DNA from: an uncultured Acidobacteriota bacterium
GTDB taxonomy: Bacteria; Acidobacteriota; Thermoanaerobaculia; Multivoradales; JAGPDF01
DNA length: 64,000 bases
Assembly: GCA_963803995.1 (NCBI GenBank)
Contig: CAWDOT010000005.1
Coordinates: 179,154-243,153 of the forward strand
Direction of reading: 5' to 3'
Part shown: one piece after another, positions 8,751 to 18,288 of the stretch
Numbering within the stretch: position 1 is the stretch's first letter
Layout: each line of letters begins with the position of its first letter
Position numbers and translations under genes: made by a program
Notes under the pieces: model-generated
Told to the model about the DNA's origin: nothing
The model's database searches: none
What the model saw: the letters and a program-made list of their open reading frames with translations, nothing else

Positions 8751-9764
8751 TCAGGGGGAGCGGCGGCTCCAGGCGCCGAAGGAGGCGCCTTCGAAGTTGT
8801 CGTAGAAGACGCTCGGATCGGACTCGAACTCGAGGATGTCGCCCGCGAGGCGGATGTCGATGGTCTCCGCAGCCGGAGTCAGCAGCGCGGTGGTCGTGGC
8901 CTCGAGCGTGAGCGGCCGGGTCACGCCGAGCTGGACGCCCGACGCCGTCGGCAGGTGGACGACGAAGAGGGCGCCGGGCACGGAGTTGAAGTCGTCGGCG
9001 GGCGAGTCGAACTCGATGCGCAGCAGGCCGGCCGCCGGGAAGGTGACCTGGAAGGTGACGCTGCCGTGGCGAGGATCCGATGTGACCTGCGGCGGCCCGG
9101 ACAGCACGTCGGTCGGATAGTGCAGCTCGATCACGCCCGATCCGAGATCGAACGGCTCGACCGTTTCGATCTCGACGTCGGCGCCGGAGCCCGGGTGGAC
9201 CCGCGGCCCGTCGATGCCGAGCAGGCGGTCGGTCGCGGCGGCGCGGATCGCGAGCTCGCCGGCGCGCGGTTCCCAGACGATCGGCTGCCCGTCCGGGTCG
9301 GTGAGGAAGAAGCCCGGTCCGAGGTCGACGATGAGGTCGAAGATCGCGCCCGGCGCGAGCCCCGGCTCGAGCGTGAAGAAGAGGACTCCGAAAATGCCGT
9401 CCTGGGCGTTGATCGACGCCGAGATCGAGGCGAACTGGGAGTCGATCGCCTGCGTCGCAGCGTCCCAGTCGAAGACCGGGATCGCGTCGCCCTCGGCGCT
9501 GAAGATCAGGCCGCCGTCGAAGCTCGCGAACGGTCCGGTGCCGAGGAGCGCCAGGTCGCCGGCCACCGGGCGCCCGACGCCGGAGGCGCGGACTCCGAGC
9601 CGCCCCTGACTGACCGGACGCGAAGCGTAGGTGCGCAGCACCACCGCGACCGGCCCGCCCGACTCCCCTTCCGCGTCCGAGACGCGCACGGTCAGCGGCT
9701 CGGTCTGGCCGGACAGGCGGCCCGCCCCGGCGGTGGCCAGGGCGAGTGCGATCGAGAACTGCAC
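8751..9764 (-). CDS. Secreted hypothetical protein (337 aa, signal peptide)
   Basis: MQFSIALALATAGAGRLSGQ signal-like N-terminus. Gly/Asp/Pro-rich beta-type sequence. Confidence 0.6.
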   Translation of the reverse strand: MQFSIALALATAGAGRLSGQTEPLTVRVSDAEGESGGPVAVVLRTYASRPVSQGRLGVRASGVGRPVAGDLALLGTGPFASFDGGLIFSAEGDAIPVFDWDAATQAIDSQFASISASINAQDGIFGVLFFTLEPGLAPGAIFDLIVDLGPGFFLTDPDGQPIVWEPRAGELAIRAAATDRLLGIDGPRVHPGSGADVEIETVEPFDLGSGVIELHYPTDVLSGPPQVTSDPRHGSVTFQVTFPAAGLLRIEFDSPADDFNSVPGALFVVHLPTASGVQLGVTRPLTLEATTTALLTPAAETIDIRLAGDILEFESDPSVFYDNFEGASFGAWSRRSP

Positions 9765-10042
9765 GCGCGCGCTTTCGGTTCATCTCGGGCCCTCCCGGCC
9801 CGCCGCGAGTCTAGACGAGCCTGCGGGGAAAGACAGCCGTCCGCCCCGAGTGGAACAGATTCGGCTGTTCCGCTCGCCGCCGGCCGCTGTCCATTCTCAT
9901 GCCGGCCGCCAGACCTCGCGACCGGCGGACGCTCGTCTCCCGCACCCCCCGCCGGAACCCCTCCCCCACCTCCCACCAGGCGCGGGCCACCGGAAGCGTC
10001 CCCGGGGCCCGTCGCCTCTCCCTCTGGATAGGATGGCGCACG

Positions 10043-12607
10043 GTGACCCCCCTCCGATCGGCCGTCACGAATCTCGTCCTGGCCCTCGCTCTCGGGGCAC
10101 CCGCCGCGGCGCCGGCCGTGACGCTCGAGCAGGCGCTCGACCACCACTACGCCGGCCGGATCGACGAGGCCGTCGCCATCTACCGCGCTCTCGTCGCGAC
10201 GCCCGGCACGCCCGCGGCGGACCTCGCGTCAGCCCACAACAACCTCTGCGTCGTCCACAACGACCGCGGCGAGTACGCGGCCGCGCTCGCCGAGTGTCGC
10301 GAGGCCGAGCGCGGCCGCCGGGCGCTCGGCGACCGCCTCCGGCTGGCGCACACGCTCAACAATCTCGCCCTGGCCCATCAGTACCTGGGCGACGCCGCGG
10401 CGGCCGAGGGCGCCTTCCGCGAGGCGCTCGCCCTCGACCGGGAGCTGGGCGAGACCGAGGACGAGGCGATCGTGCTCGCCAACCTCGCGGCGCTCGCGAT
10501 CGGCGGCGGGCGCTACGGCGCCGCGCTCGACGCGCTCGCCGGCGTCGAGGCGCTCACCGCGGCCCACGCCGGCGATCCCTGGGCACCCGAGCAGCGCCGC
10601 GTGGCGATGCTCAACCGGGCCGTGGTGCTCGAGCGCCTCGGCGCCCACCGCGAGGCGCTCGGCGGGCTGCTCGAGCTGGCGCGCGAACCGGAGCCCGATT
10701 CCCGCCACGAGGCCGCGCTCGCCGCCAACCTCGGCGTGATCTACCGCAACCTCGGCGATCCGCGCGCCGCCGCGCGCGAGCTCGACCGGGCCGCCGCGCT
10801 CTTCCGCGCCGAGCGGGACCGGGGCGGCCTGGCCAACGCGTTGCTCAACCGGGGCCAGGTCGCCGAGCTCCACCTGCGGGAGCCGGAGTCCGCCGAGCGG
10901 CTCTACCTCGAAGCGCTCGCCGAAGCCGAGGCGGGGGGGGATCGCGGCCAGCAGGTCCAGGCGCTGATCTTCCTCGGACGGCTCCGCCGCGGCGCCGGCC
11001 GCGACGCGGCGGCGGAGTCGGATCTGGGCGCCGCGCTCGATCTCGCGCGCGGGATCGACGATCCGGAGGCCGCCGCCGCCGCGCTCGGCGAGCTGGCGCG
11101 CCTCGACCGCGCGCGCGGCGACGGCGACGGCGCCGCGCGCCGCCTCGACGAGGCGCTGGCCGCGCTCGAATCCGTGCGCGCCGGCGCGCGGTCGAGCGGT
11201 CACGCCGCCGGCTACGTCGCCGACAAGCGCGCGCTCTACGCCGCCGCGGTGGATCTCGCCGCCGAGCGGGCGCTCGCGAGTGGCGCCCGCGCCGACGTGC
11301 TCGCCGCGCTCGCGCGGGTCGAGCGCGCCAAGGCGCGCGAGCTGCTCGACGCCCTCGGCGGCGGCACGCTCGAGCCGCTCGACGCCGCCGCGCTCGACCG
11401 GCTCGACCGGACGCCGGGCACCCGGATCGAGCTCTACCTGGGCGAGCGGCGGCTCTGGCGCTTCCGTCTCGGCGACGGCGGCGCGGCGCTCGCCGACGCC
11501 GGCGATGCCGCGACGGCGCTCGAGCGCGCGCAGCGCGTCCACGCGGCCCTCGGGCGGGGCGCCGCTCCCGCGCGCGCCGACCTCGACGCCCTCGGCCGCG
11601 ATCTGCTGGGCGGCCTGGGCGAGCTCTCGGGACCGCTGGTGATCGCCCCCGACGGCCGCCTGCGCTACCTCCCCTTCGAGCTGCTCGCGCCGCGGGAGGG
11701 CGCCCCGCTCGTCGAACGCGCCGAGATCGTGTACCTGCCCAGCCTCTCGGTCGTCCCCGTCCGGTCGGGGGGGGCGCGCGCCTGGAGCTTCGTCGGCTTC
11801 GGCGCGGTGGCGCCGCCGGCGCTCGGCGCTCGCGGCGGCCTGACCGCCGGACGCCTGCTCGCCGACCGCTTCGCCCTCGCGCCGCTGCCGGCTTCCGCGC
11901 GGGAGCTCGCGGCGGCGGCCGCGCGGCTGCCGCCACCCTTCCGGATCGAGCTCGAAGCCGCCGCGACCGAGGCGGAGCTGAGGCGGCGGGCGACGGAGGG
12001 GTCGCGCGTGCTCCATTTCGCCACCCATGCGGTGGTCGACGAGCGGCTGGAACCGGGCGCGGCGATCTTCCTGGCGCCCGCCGGCGAGGACGACGGCCTG
12101 CTGACCGCGGCCGAGATCGCCCGTCTGCCGCTCGCCGCGGATCTCGCGGTGCTCGCCGCCTGCCGGAGCGCCGTGGGCTCCGCGGCCGACGGCCGGGCGC
12201 TGTCGAGCCTGACCGGCGCCTTCCTCGCGGCGGGGGCGGGCGGCGTGGTGGCGAGCCTCTGGGAGGTGGGAGACGCGGCGACCGCCGCGTTCATGGAGCA
12301 GTTCTATTTCGGGCTCGGGCGCGGCCACACGCCCGCGGTGGCTCTCGCCCGGGCCAAGCGCAGGTTGCGCGCGGACCCGCGCTGGTCGGATCCCGCGCTC
12401 TGGGCGGCGTTCGTCCTGGTCGGCGATGCGCCGGCGGTCGCGCCCTCGTGGCGGCGCTTCCTGCCCGCGTTCGCGGCGGGCGCAGCGGCGGCCGCGCTGG
12501 CGCTCGCGGCCGCGCTCTACCGCGCCGGCTCGAGACGCAGGTCCGCGAGCTCGGACGCCGCCAGCTCGCGGCCCGACGCGTCGAGCGCCGAGACCCGCAC
12601 GCGGTAG
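10043..12607 (+). CDS. TPR-repeat + CHAT-domain (caspase-like peptidase) protein, with predicted signal peptide
   Basis: N-terminal TPRs (AAAEGAFREALALDRELGETEDEAIVLANLA...). C-terminal CHAT hallmarks (VLHFATHAVVDERLEPGAAIFLAP...LAVLAACRSAVG). In-frame GTG 10043 gives signal-like N-term TPLRSAVTNLVLALALGAPAAAPAV. The ATG 9899 extension is Arg/Pro low-complexity. Confidence 0.7.
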   Translation: MTPLRSAVTNLVLALALGAPAAAPAVTLEQALDHHYAGRIDEAVAIYRALVATPGTPAADLASAHNNLCVVHNDRGEYAAALAECREAERGRRALGDRLRLAHTLNNLALAHQYLGDAAAAEGAFREALALDRELGETEDEAIVLANLAALAIGGGRYGAALDALAGVEALTAAHAGDPWAPEQRRVAMLNRAVVLERLGAHREALGGLLELAREPEPDSRHEAALAANLGVIYRNLGDPRAAARELDRAAALFRAERDRGGLANALLNRGQVAELHLREPESAERLYLEALAEAEAGGDRGQQVQALIFLGRLRRGAGRDAAAESDLGAALDLARGIDDPEAAAAALGELARLDRARGDGDGAARRLDEALAALESVRAGARSSGHAAGYVADKRALYAAAVDLAAERALASGARADVLAALARVERAKARELLDALGGGTLEPLDAAALDRLDRTPGTRIELYLGERRLWRFRLGDGGAALADAGDAATALERAQRVHAALGRGAAPARADLDALGRDLLGGLGELSGPLVIAPDGRLRYLPFELLAPREGAPLVERAEIVYLPSLSVVPVRSGGARAWSFVGFGAVAPPALGARGGLTAGRLLADRFALAPLPASARELAAAAARLPPPFRIELEAAATEAELRRRATEGSRVLHFATHAVVDERLEPGAAIFLAPAGEDDGLLTAAEIARLPLAADLAVLAACRSAVGSAADGRALSSLTGAFLAAGAGGVVASLWEVGDAATAAFMEQFYFGLGRGHTPAVALARAKRRLRADPRWSDPALWAAFVLVGDAPAVAPSWRRFLPAFAAGAAAAALALAAALYRAGSRRRSASSDAASSRPDASSAETRTR

Positions 12608-13260
12608 AGCACGAAGGTCTCGAGCCGCGCCCGCTCCGTCTCGGTGAGGTTCCACTCCGGCGCGTCCGGCGTGGCGCCGAGCACCGGATTCCCGGCCACG
12701 TCGAGAATCTCGACGCGATAGCCCGCCGCGCCCGCGACCGGTTCCCAGGAGATCTCGAAAGGCGCCGCGGCGACCGTGCCGAGCGGCGTCGCCCAGGCGA
12801 TCGAACCGCCGCGCAGGGCGTCCTGGTACGAGCGCTCGGGAAGACCGGGGCCGCCGCCGTCGCGCACGGCCCAGAAGGAGAGACCGACCGCGAGCGCCAG
12901 GGCGGCCGCCGCCGCCCACGCCGTCCAGCGCCCCGGGGAGCTCACGGCGCGCCGCGGCCGCATCGGCAGGACCCTGGCGACCGGCGCCGGCTCGCCCCGC
13001 CGCCGCCGCTCGAGCTGCTCGACCACCCAGGCCACGTCCGCCGCCTCCGCCGCCGCCGGCGCGCGCTCGAAACCGCGCGCCAGCTCGAGCTCGGCGGCGC
13101 AGGCCGGGCAGGTGGCGGCGTGCGCGAGCAGACGCTCCCGCTCGGCCGCCGGCAGCTCGCCCGCGACGGCCATCACCAGGCGCTCGGCCTCCGGGCACGC
13201 ACCCCCGGTGCGAAGCGCCCCGGCCAGCGTCTCGATCGGGATCCGCCGCATCTCGTTCAT
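12517..13260 (-). CDS. Zinc-binding anti-sigma factor (ZAS-like), membrane-spanning
   Basis: MNEMRRIPIETLAGAL... with HAATCPAC motif and hydrophobic TM (AWAAAAALALAVGLSFWAV). Start overlaps ECF sigma stop by ATGA. 3' end overlaps CHAT gene by about 90 nt (convergent). Confidence 0.65.
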   Translation of the reverse strand: MNEMRRIPIETLAGALRTGGACPEAERLVMAVAGELPAAERERLLAHAATCPACAAELELARGFERAPAAAEAADVAWVVEQLERRRRGEPAPVARVLPMRPRRAVSSPGRWTAWAAAAALALAVGLSFWAVRDGGGPGLPERSYQDALRGGSIAWATPLGTVAAAPFEISWEPVAGAAGYRVEILDVAGNPVLGATPDAPEWNLTETERARLETFVLYRVRVSALDASGRELAASELADLRLEPAR

Positions 13261-13835
13261 CGCCCTTCCCCCTCGAAGTGGCGGCGGAGCTTGCGCTTCG
13301 CGCTCACGATGTAGGCCTTCGCTCCCGACTTGTTGGCGAGACCGAGCAAACGGTCGATCGCCGGCAGGCTCATCTCCTCGACGTAGTGCAGGTGCAGGAT
13401 CCTGGCTTCGGTGGCCTCGAGCTTCGCCGCGATCGCCTGCTGGAGGATCTGCCGGAGCTCGGTCCGGGCGAGCTCCTCGTCGACCGGCGTCTCGGCCGCC
13501 ACCGGCTCGGGTTGCTCCTCGTCGTCGAGCGAGACCGCCGCCCGCCGCCGGGCGGAGATCCCACGGTTGATCGAGACGCTGCGCGTCACCAGATAGAGCC
13601 AGGTCGCGAAGCTGCTCTCGAAGCGGAAGCCGTCGAGCCGCTCCTGCACGCGCAGGAAGACCTCCTGAGCCAGATCCGCCGCCTCCTCGCGCCGCCCGCA
13701 GACGCGCAGGCACCAGGCGGCGACCCGCGTCTGGTAGCGCCGGAACAGCACGTCCAGATAGGGCGCGGCGCCGTCCCGGCCGGCCGCGACCGCGGCGCGG
13801 ACCAGCTCTTCGTCGGCGAGGGTGTCGATCGACAT
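13257..13835 (-). CDS. ECF-type RNA polymerase sigma factor (sigma-70 family)
   Basis: MSIDTLADEELVRAAVAAGRDGAAPYLDVLFRRYQTRVAAWCLRVCGRREEAADLAQEVFLRVQERLDGFRFESSFATWLYLVTRSV... Regions 2 and 4 recognisable. Start at internal ATG 13833..13835. Confidence 0.8.
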   Translation of the reverse strand: MSIDTLADEELVRAAVAAGRDGAAPYLDVLFRRYQTRVAAWCLRVCGRREEAADLAQEVFLRVQERLDGFRFESSFATWLYLVTRSVSINRGISARRRAAVSLDDEEQPEPVAAETPVDEELARTELRQILQQAIAAKLEATEARILHLHYVEEMSLPAIDRLLGLANKSGAKAYIVSAKRKLRRHFEGEGR

Positions 13836-14051
13836 GGGGATCGGGGGGCGTCCGTCGCCGCGCGCCGCCACCAGGCGGAGGGGGACCGGAGGGGCGCTCG
13901 CCCGCTCCGGCGGCGAAGCCGGACGCCTCGCGAGCCTAGCCGATCCTGCCCGCCGCCCGGAAACGCGGCGGGGCTCGACGATCGCGGCGGCGGAGCTGGA
14001 AGGACGTCTCACGTCTCCCTGAGACAGCCCGCCGCCGCGAGTGGAACAGGT

Positions 14052-15762
14052 TCAGGTGGCGATCCGGACGAGCGCCGCGGCCACGGCCGCGTCGAGGCGC
14101 TCGAGCCCGGCGGCCGGGTCGCCGGCGAGGTGCACGCGCAGGGCGCGGCGGCCGCGCGCGCAGAGGACCTCGAAGTCTCCCCGCGCCTGCGCCGCGATCA
14201 CCTGGCCGAAGGTGAGGCGCTGGCCCGGAACCGGGAGGTCGTCGCGCGCCTCGCCGGTGACGAGCAGGAAGAGCCCGGAGGCGGGCCCCCCCTTGTGCGC
14301 CTGGCCGGTCGAGTGCAGGAAGCGCGGTCCGAAGCCGAGCGAGGTCGCCACCCGCGCGGCGTCGCGGACCCGGTGGCGGAGCCGGTCGAGCGGCAGCGCG
14401 TTGCGCTCCGACATCTCGAGAAAGGCGAGCAGCGCGAAGTAGTCACCGGCGGCGAGCCGGCCGAGGTGCGCGGCGAGCACGTCGGCCGCCGTGGCCCCGG
14501 GGGCGAGGCGCGCCGCGAGCGCGGCGTCGGCGAAGAAGGCGAGCGGGCCGTCGACGGCGGCGGGCGTCTCCTGCGGGAGCGCGCCGGTCGCCTCGACCGC
14601 CGCGGTGAGCTTGCGCGCCTCGATCTTGGCCGACTCGACGTCGGGCTGGTCGAACGGGTGGAGGCCGAGCGCCGCGCCGGCCACCGCGGTGGCGATCTCC
14701 CAGCGGTACATCTCCCCGCCCAGCGCCTCGCGTCCGGCGAGATCGAGCTCGACGATCGGCCGCCGCGCGGCCGCGAGCGCCGCGCAGCGTCGACTCGGCG
14801 ACGTCGTCGAGGGCGCCGCGGAAGCGCAGCGCCACGAACAGGCGGTCGGCGCCGTAGCGCTCCGGCCGCGCCGACGGGCGCTCGCCGTCGATCGGCAGGA
14901 TCGCCCGCCCCGCCTTGCCGGTCGACTCGGCGATCAGCTGCTCGAGCCAGGCGCCGAAGACCGCCAGCTCGGGCGCGGCGAAGAGCGTCAGCTTGTCGAT
15001 CCCGCGCCCCGCCGCCGCGCCCAGCAGCAGGCCGAGCCGCACCGCGGCGCCCTCGGCCGGCGCCGGACGCCGGCTGTCGATCGCCGTCTCCAGCGCGCCG
15101 CGCAGGAGCGCCTCGACGTCGAGCCCCTGCAGCGCGGCCGGCACCATGCCGAAGGGCGACAGCGCCGAGAAGCGGCCGCCGACCGTCGGCTCGCCCGCCA
15201 CGATGTGGCGGAAATGGCGCGCGCGCGCCTCGGCCTCGAGCTTCGAGCCCGGGTCGGTGACCGCCAGGAAGTGGCGGCCGGCGGCGCCGCCCAGCTCCTC
15301 GCCGAAGCGCGCCAGGAACCGCGCCATCAGCAGGCTCGGCTCGAGGGTCGAGCCCGACTTGCTCGCCACCACGACCAGCGTGCGGCGCGGGTCGATGCGC
15401 CGCTCGACGGCGTGGATCTGGTCGGGGTCGGTCGAGTCGAGGACCACCGGCTCGGGGGAGCCGGCGACCCGGCCGAAGACCTGTCGGAAGACCTCGGCCG
15501 CGAGGCTCGAGCCCCCCATGCCGAGGAGCACGAAGTGGTCGAAGGCGCCGGAGCGCGCCTCGGCGGCGAGCGCGCGCCAGAGATCGAGGCGGGCGAGGCT
15601 CGCCTCGGGCGCGTCGAGCCAGCCGAGCCAGCGCCCCTCGTCGCCCCCGGTCCAGAGGGTCGCGTCGCGGGCGAAGAGGCGCTCGGTGCCCCGCCGCTCG
15701 CGCCAGCGCGCGACCTCGGCCTCGTGCGCGGCCTCGAGCTCGCGCGGGAGCCGGAGCAGCAT
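14052..15762 (-). CDS. pgi: Glucose-6-phosphate isomerase, frameshifted near 14790
   Basis: N-part in frame of ORF 14443..18069 (HFVLLGMGGSSLAAEVF, LVVVASKSGSTLEP). C-part in ORF 14052..14711 (FDQPDVESAK, GPRFLHSTGQAHKGG). Start ATG overlaps tal stop (ATGA). Confidence 0.75.
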
Positions 15763-16931
15763 CAACCCGCGCTCCCCGCGAGCTCGCGGGCGCGCGCGGC
15801 GACCGCGTCGAGCAGCTTGCGATAGGGCTCGACGAACTTGGCGATGCCGTCGGCCAGCAGCTCGTCGGTGGCGCGGTCGAGCGAGATGCCGAGGGTCTCG
15901 AGCTCGGCCAGCGTCGCGGCCGCGGCGTCGGCGCCGATCGCGAGCGTCGCGCGCGCCACGCCGTGGTCGCGGAAAGCGGAGACCGTCTCGGGCGGCATCG
16001 TGTCGACCGTGTCGGGGCCGATCAGCTCCTCGGCGTAGAGCGTGTCGCGGTACGCCGGGTTCTTGGTCGAGGTCGAGGCCCAGAGCAGCCGCTGCGGCCG
16101 GGCGCCGTGCCGGGCGAGCGCGCGCCAGCGCGGGCTCGCGACGAGCTCCCGGTAGTGGCGATAGGCGAGCTTGGCGTTGGCGATCGCGATCCGGCCGCGC
16201 AGCGCCAGCGGGCGGTCGCGCGCCTCTCCCTCGGCGCCCGCCGCGCGCTCCTCGAGCCAGCGGTCGACCAGCGTGTCGATCCGGGACACGAAGAAGCTCG
16301 CGACGCTCGCCACCCGGTCGACGCCGAGCCCGCGCGCCTGGCGCTCCTCGAGCGCCTCGAGGTGCGCTTCGGCCACCCGGGCGTAGGCGTGCCGCGAGAA
16401 CAGCAGCGTGACGTTGACGTGGATGCCGTCGGCGAGCAGGCGGCGGACCGCCGGGATGCCGGCCGCCGTGCCCGGGACCTTGATCATCAGGTTCGGACGG
16501 TCGACGGCGGCCCAGAGCCGGCGCGCCTCCGCGACGGTCGCCTCGGCGTCGTCGGCGAGATCGGGCGCGACCTCCAGGCTGACGAAACCGTCGCCGCCGC
16601 CGCTCTCCCGGTGGACGCCGGCGAGCACGTCGGCCGCGCGCCGCACGTCCTCGACCGCCAGCGCCTCGAAGATCTGCCGCGGGTCGCCGCCCACCTCCGG
16701 CGCGACCTCGACGATCTGCGCGCTGTACTCGTCGCCGGCGCCGATCGCCTTCTCGAAGATCGCGGGATTGGACGTGACGCCCCGGATGCCGTCGGTCGCG
16801 ACCATGCGCGCCAGCTCGCCCGAGTCGAGCAGCGAGCGCCGGATGAAATCGAGCCAGACCGACTGGCCGAGCGCGGAGAGCTCGAGCAGAGGATTCGGTC
16901 TGGCGGTCTTCGACGAACCGGACGTGGACAT
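15762..16931 (-). CDS. tal: Transaldolase
   Basis: MSTSGSS...LSALGQSVWLDFIRRSLLDSGELARMVATDGIRGVTSNPAIFEKAI...NLMIKVPGT...WASTSTKNP. Full length 389 aa. Confidence 0.85.
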   Translation of the reverse strand: MSTSGSSKTARPNPLLELSALGQSVWLDFIRRSLLDSGELARMVATDGIRGVTSNPAIFEKAIGAGDEYSAQIVEVAPEVGGDPRQIFEALAVEDVRRAADVLAGVHRESGGGDGFVSLEVAPDLADDAEATVAEARRLWAAVDRPNLMIKVPGTAAGIPAVRRLLADGIHVNVTLLFSRHAYARVAEAHLEALEERQARGLGVDRVASVASFFVSRIDTLVDRWLEERAAGAEGEARDRPLALRGRIAIANAKLAYRHYRELVASPRWRALARHGARPQRLLWASTSTKNPAYRDTLYAEELIGPDTVDTMPPETVSAFRDHGVARATLAIGADAAAATLAELETLGISLDRATDELLADGIAKFVEPYRKLLDAVAARARELAGSAG

Positions 16932-17046
16932 GCTCGGGGCCTCCGTTCGCGACCGCTCCAAGATATCCGGCGGCGGACCGGGCGGTAAAGCCGGGCGCCC
17001 GCCAGCCCGGCCCACCCGTGCATAATGGAGACCGGAGGTACCGACC

Positions 17047-18288
17047 ATGTCCGTCCCCCGCCTCGCCACCACCCTGACCCTTCTCCTGCTCGTCGGCCTC
17101 GTTCCGGCGCCCGCGCGGGCCGCCGACCCCGGCCGGCTCAGCGACGTCCGGCGCGGCGACGGGCAGATCGTGCGCGGCCCCGACACCGAGAAGCTCGACG
17201 AGGCCACCGTCGAGCTGCGCGACAGCGGCTACGCCGAGATCAGCGTGCACTCCTTCCGTGGCATCTACCGCTTCATCGGAACCTGGCGCCCCTCCTCGGG
17301 CAAGCAGGTCGCGATCGACATCAACGAGGCCTACGGCGAGAAGGATGCGAACGCCGCCGGCTGGATCCAGATCTCGGGCAACACCTTCGAGCGGATAGAG
17401 ATCGACGGCAGGAACGGCGTCGGCGGCAAGCTGGCGGTCAGCTTCAACGCGACCGGCCCCGGGCGACCCGCACAGCCGGCCTGGTCGGGGCTGAACTCGA
17501 CACGCGACGGCTCGGGCACCTGGGAGTACGGCCGCGCGCGCGACACCGTCGTGCAGGTCACGGTCGACATGCGCCCGGACGGCTCGGGCGAGATCCGCTT
17601 CCGGGGCAACCGGGGCGTCCGGCTCACCGGCCGGTGGAGCGACGTCCGCCCCGACTCGGTCCGCTTCGAGATCACCGACGGGCCCGACGGTTCCGCCAGC
17701 GGCACCGGCACGATCCGCTTCCAGCGCGACCGCGTCGAGCGGGTGGACGTCGACGGCAACGGGCGCGACGGCCGATTCTCCCTCGTCTTCCGCGCCGGCG
17801 AGCGCCCGACCCCTCCCGGCGGCGGCGGCAGCGGCAGCTTCACGGAGGAGTACGGCTACGACCAGCCGGGCGCCGACCTGCGCGACCTGCGCACCGACGA
17901 CCTGCGCTCCTGCCAGGACGCCTGCGCCGCCGACTCGCGCTGCCGCGCCTACACGTTCAATACCCCGGACCGCCGCTGCTACCTGAAGGGCGAGGAGCGG
18001 CCGATGATCCGCCGCAACGACTGCGTCACGGGCGTCCGCCGCGGGAGCGGCGGCGGCGGCGGCAGCCACGGGATGACCCGTCGCGACGGCCAGAACCTCG
18101 AGGGCGGCGACTTCGCCACGCGCAACGAGCGCTCGGTCGAGGCGTGCATGGACGCCTGCCGCCGGGATCAGCGCTGCCAGGCCTACACGTTCAACCTGCG
18201 CGACGGCAAGTGCTACCTGAAGGACCGGGTCGGCAACTACAGCTCGCGCCAGGACACGGTGAGCGGAGAGAAGACCCGGACCTACTGA
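17047..18288 (+). CDS. Secreted protein with two C-terminal PAN/apple domains
   Basis: Signal peptide MSVPRLATTLTLLLLVGLVPAPARA. Two Cys-pattern repeats: CQDACAADSRCRAYTFNTPDRRCYLK and CMDACRRDQRCQAYTFNLRDGKCYLK. Confidence 0.7.
   Translation: MSVPRLATTLTLLLLVGLVPAPARAADPGRLSDVRRGDGQIVRGPDTEKLDEATVELRDSGYAEISVHSFRGIYRFIGTWRPSSGKQVAIDINEAYGEKDANAAGWIQISGNTFERIEIDGRNGVGGKLAVSFNATGPGRPAQPAWSGLNSTRDGSGTWEYGRARDTVVQVTVDMRPDGSGEIRFRGNRGVRLTGRWSDVRPDSVRFEITDGPDGSASGTGTIRFQRDRVERVDVDGNGRDGRFSLVFRAGERPTPPGGGGSGSFTEEYGYDQPGADLRDLRTDDLRSCQDACAADSRCRAYTFNTPDRRCYLKGEERPMIRRNDCVTGVRRGSGGGGGSHGMTRRDGQNLEGGDFATRNERSVEACMDACRRDQRCQAYTFNLRDGKCYLKDRVGNYSSRQDTVSGEKTRTY

Noticed and set aside
9631-13314. 1227-aa + ORF and 989-aa - ORF (10229..13198) overlapping the CHAT gene
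   Set aside because: Both are Arg/Gly/Pro-rich nonsense. The CHAT protein in frame 9899/10043..12607 has recognisable TPR and CHAT motifs.
14443-18069. 1208-aa ORF on - strand
   Set aside because: Only its last about 440 codons are real (the pgi N-terminal part). The rest is GC-frame read-through across tal and the PAN-domain gene region on the wrong frame or strand.
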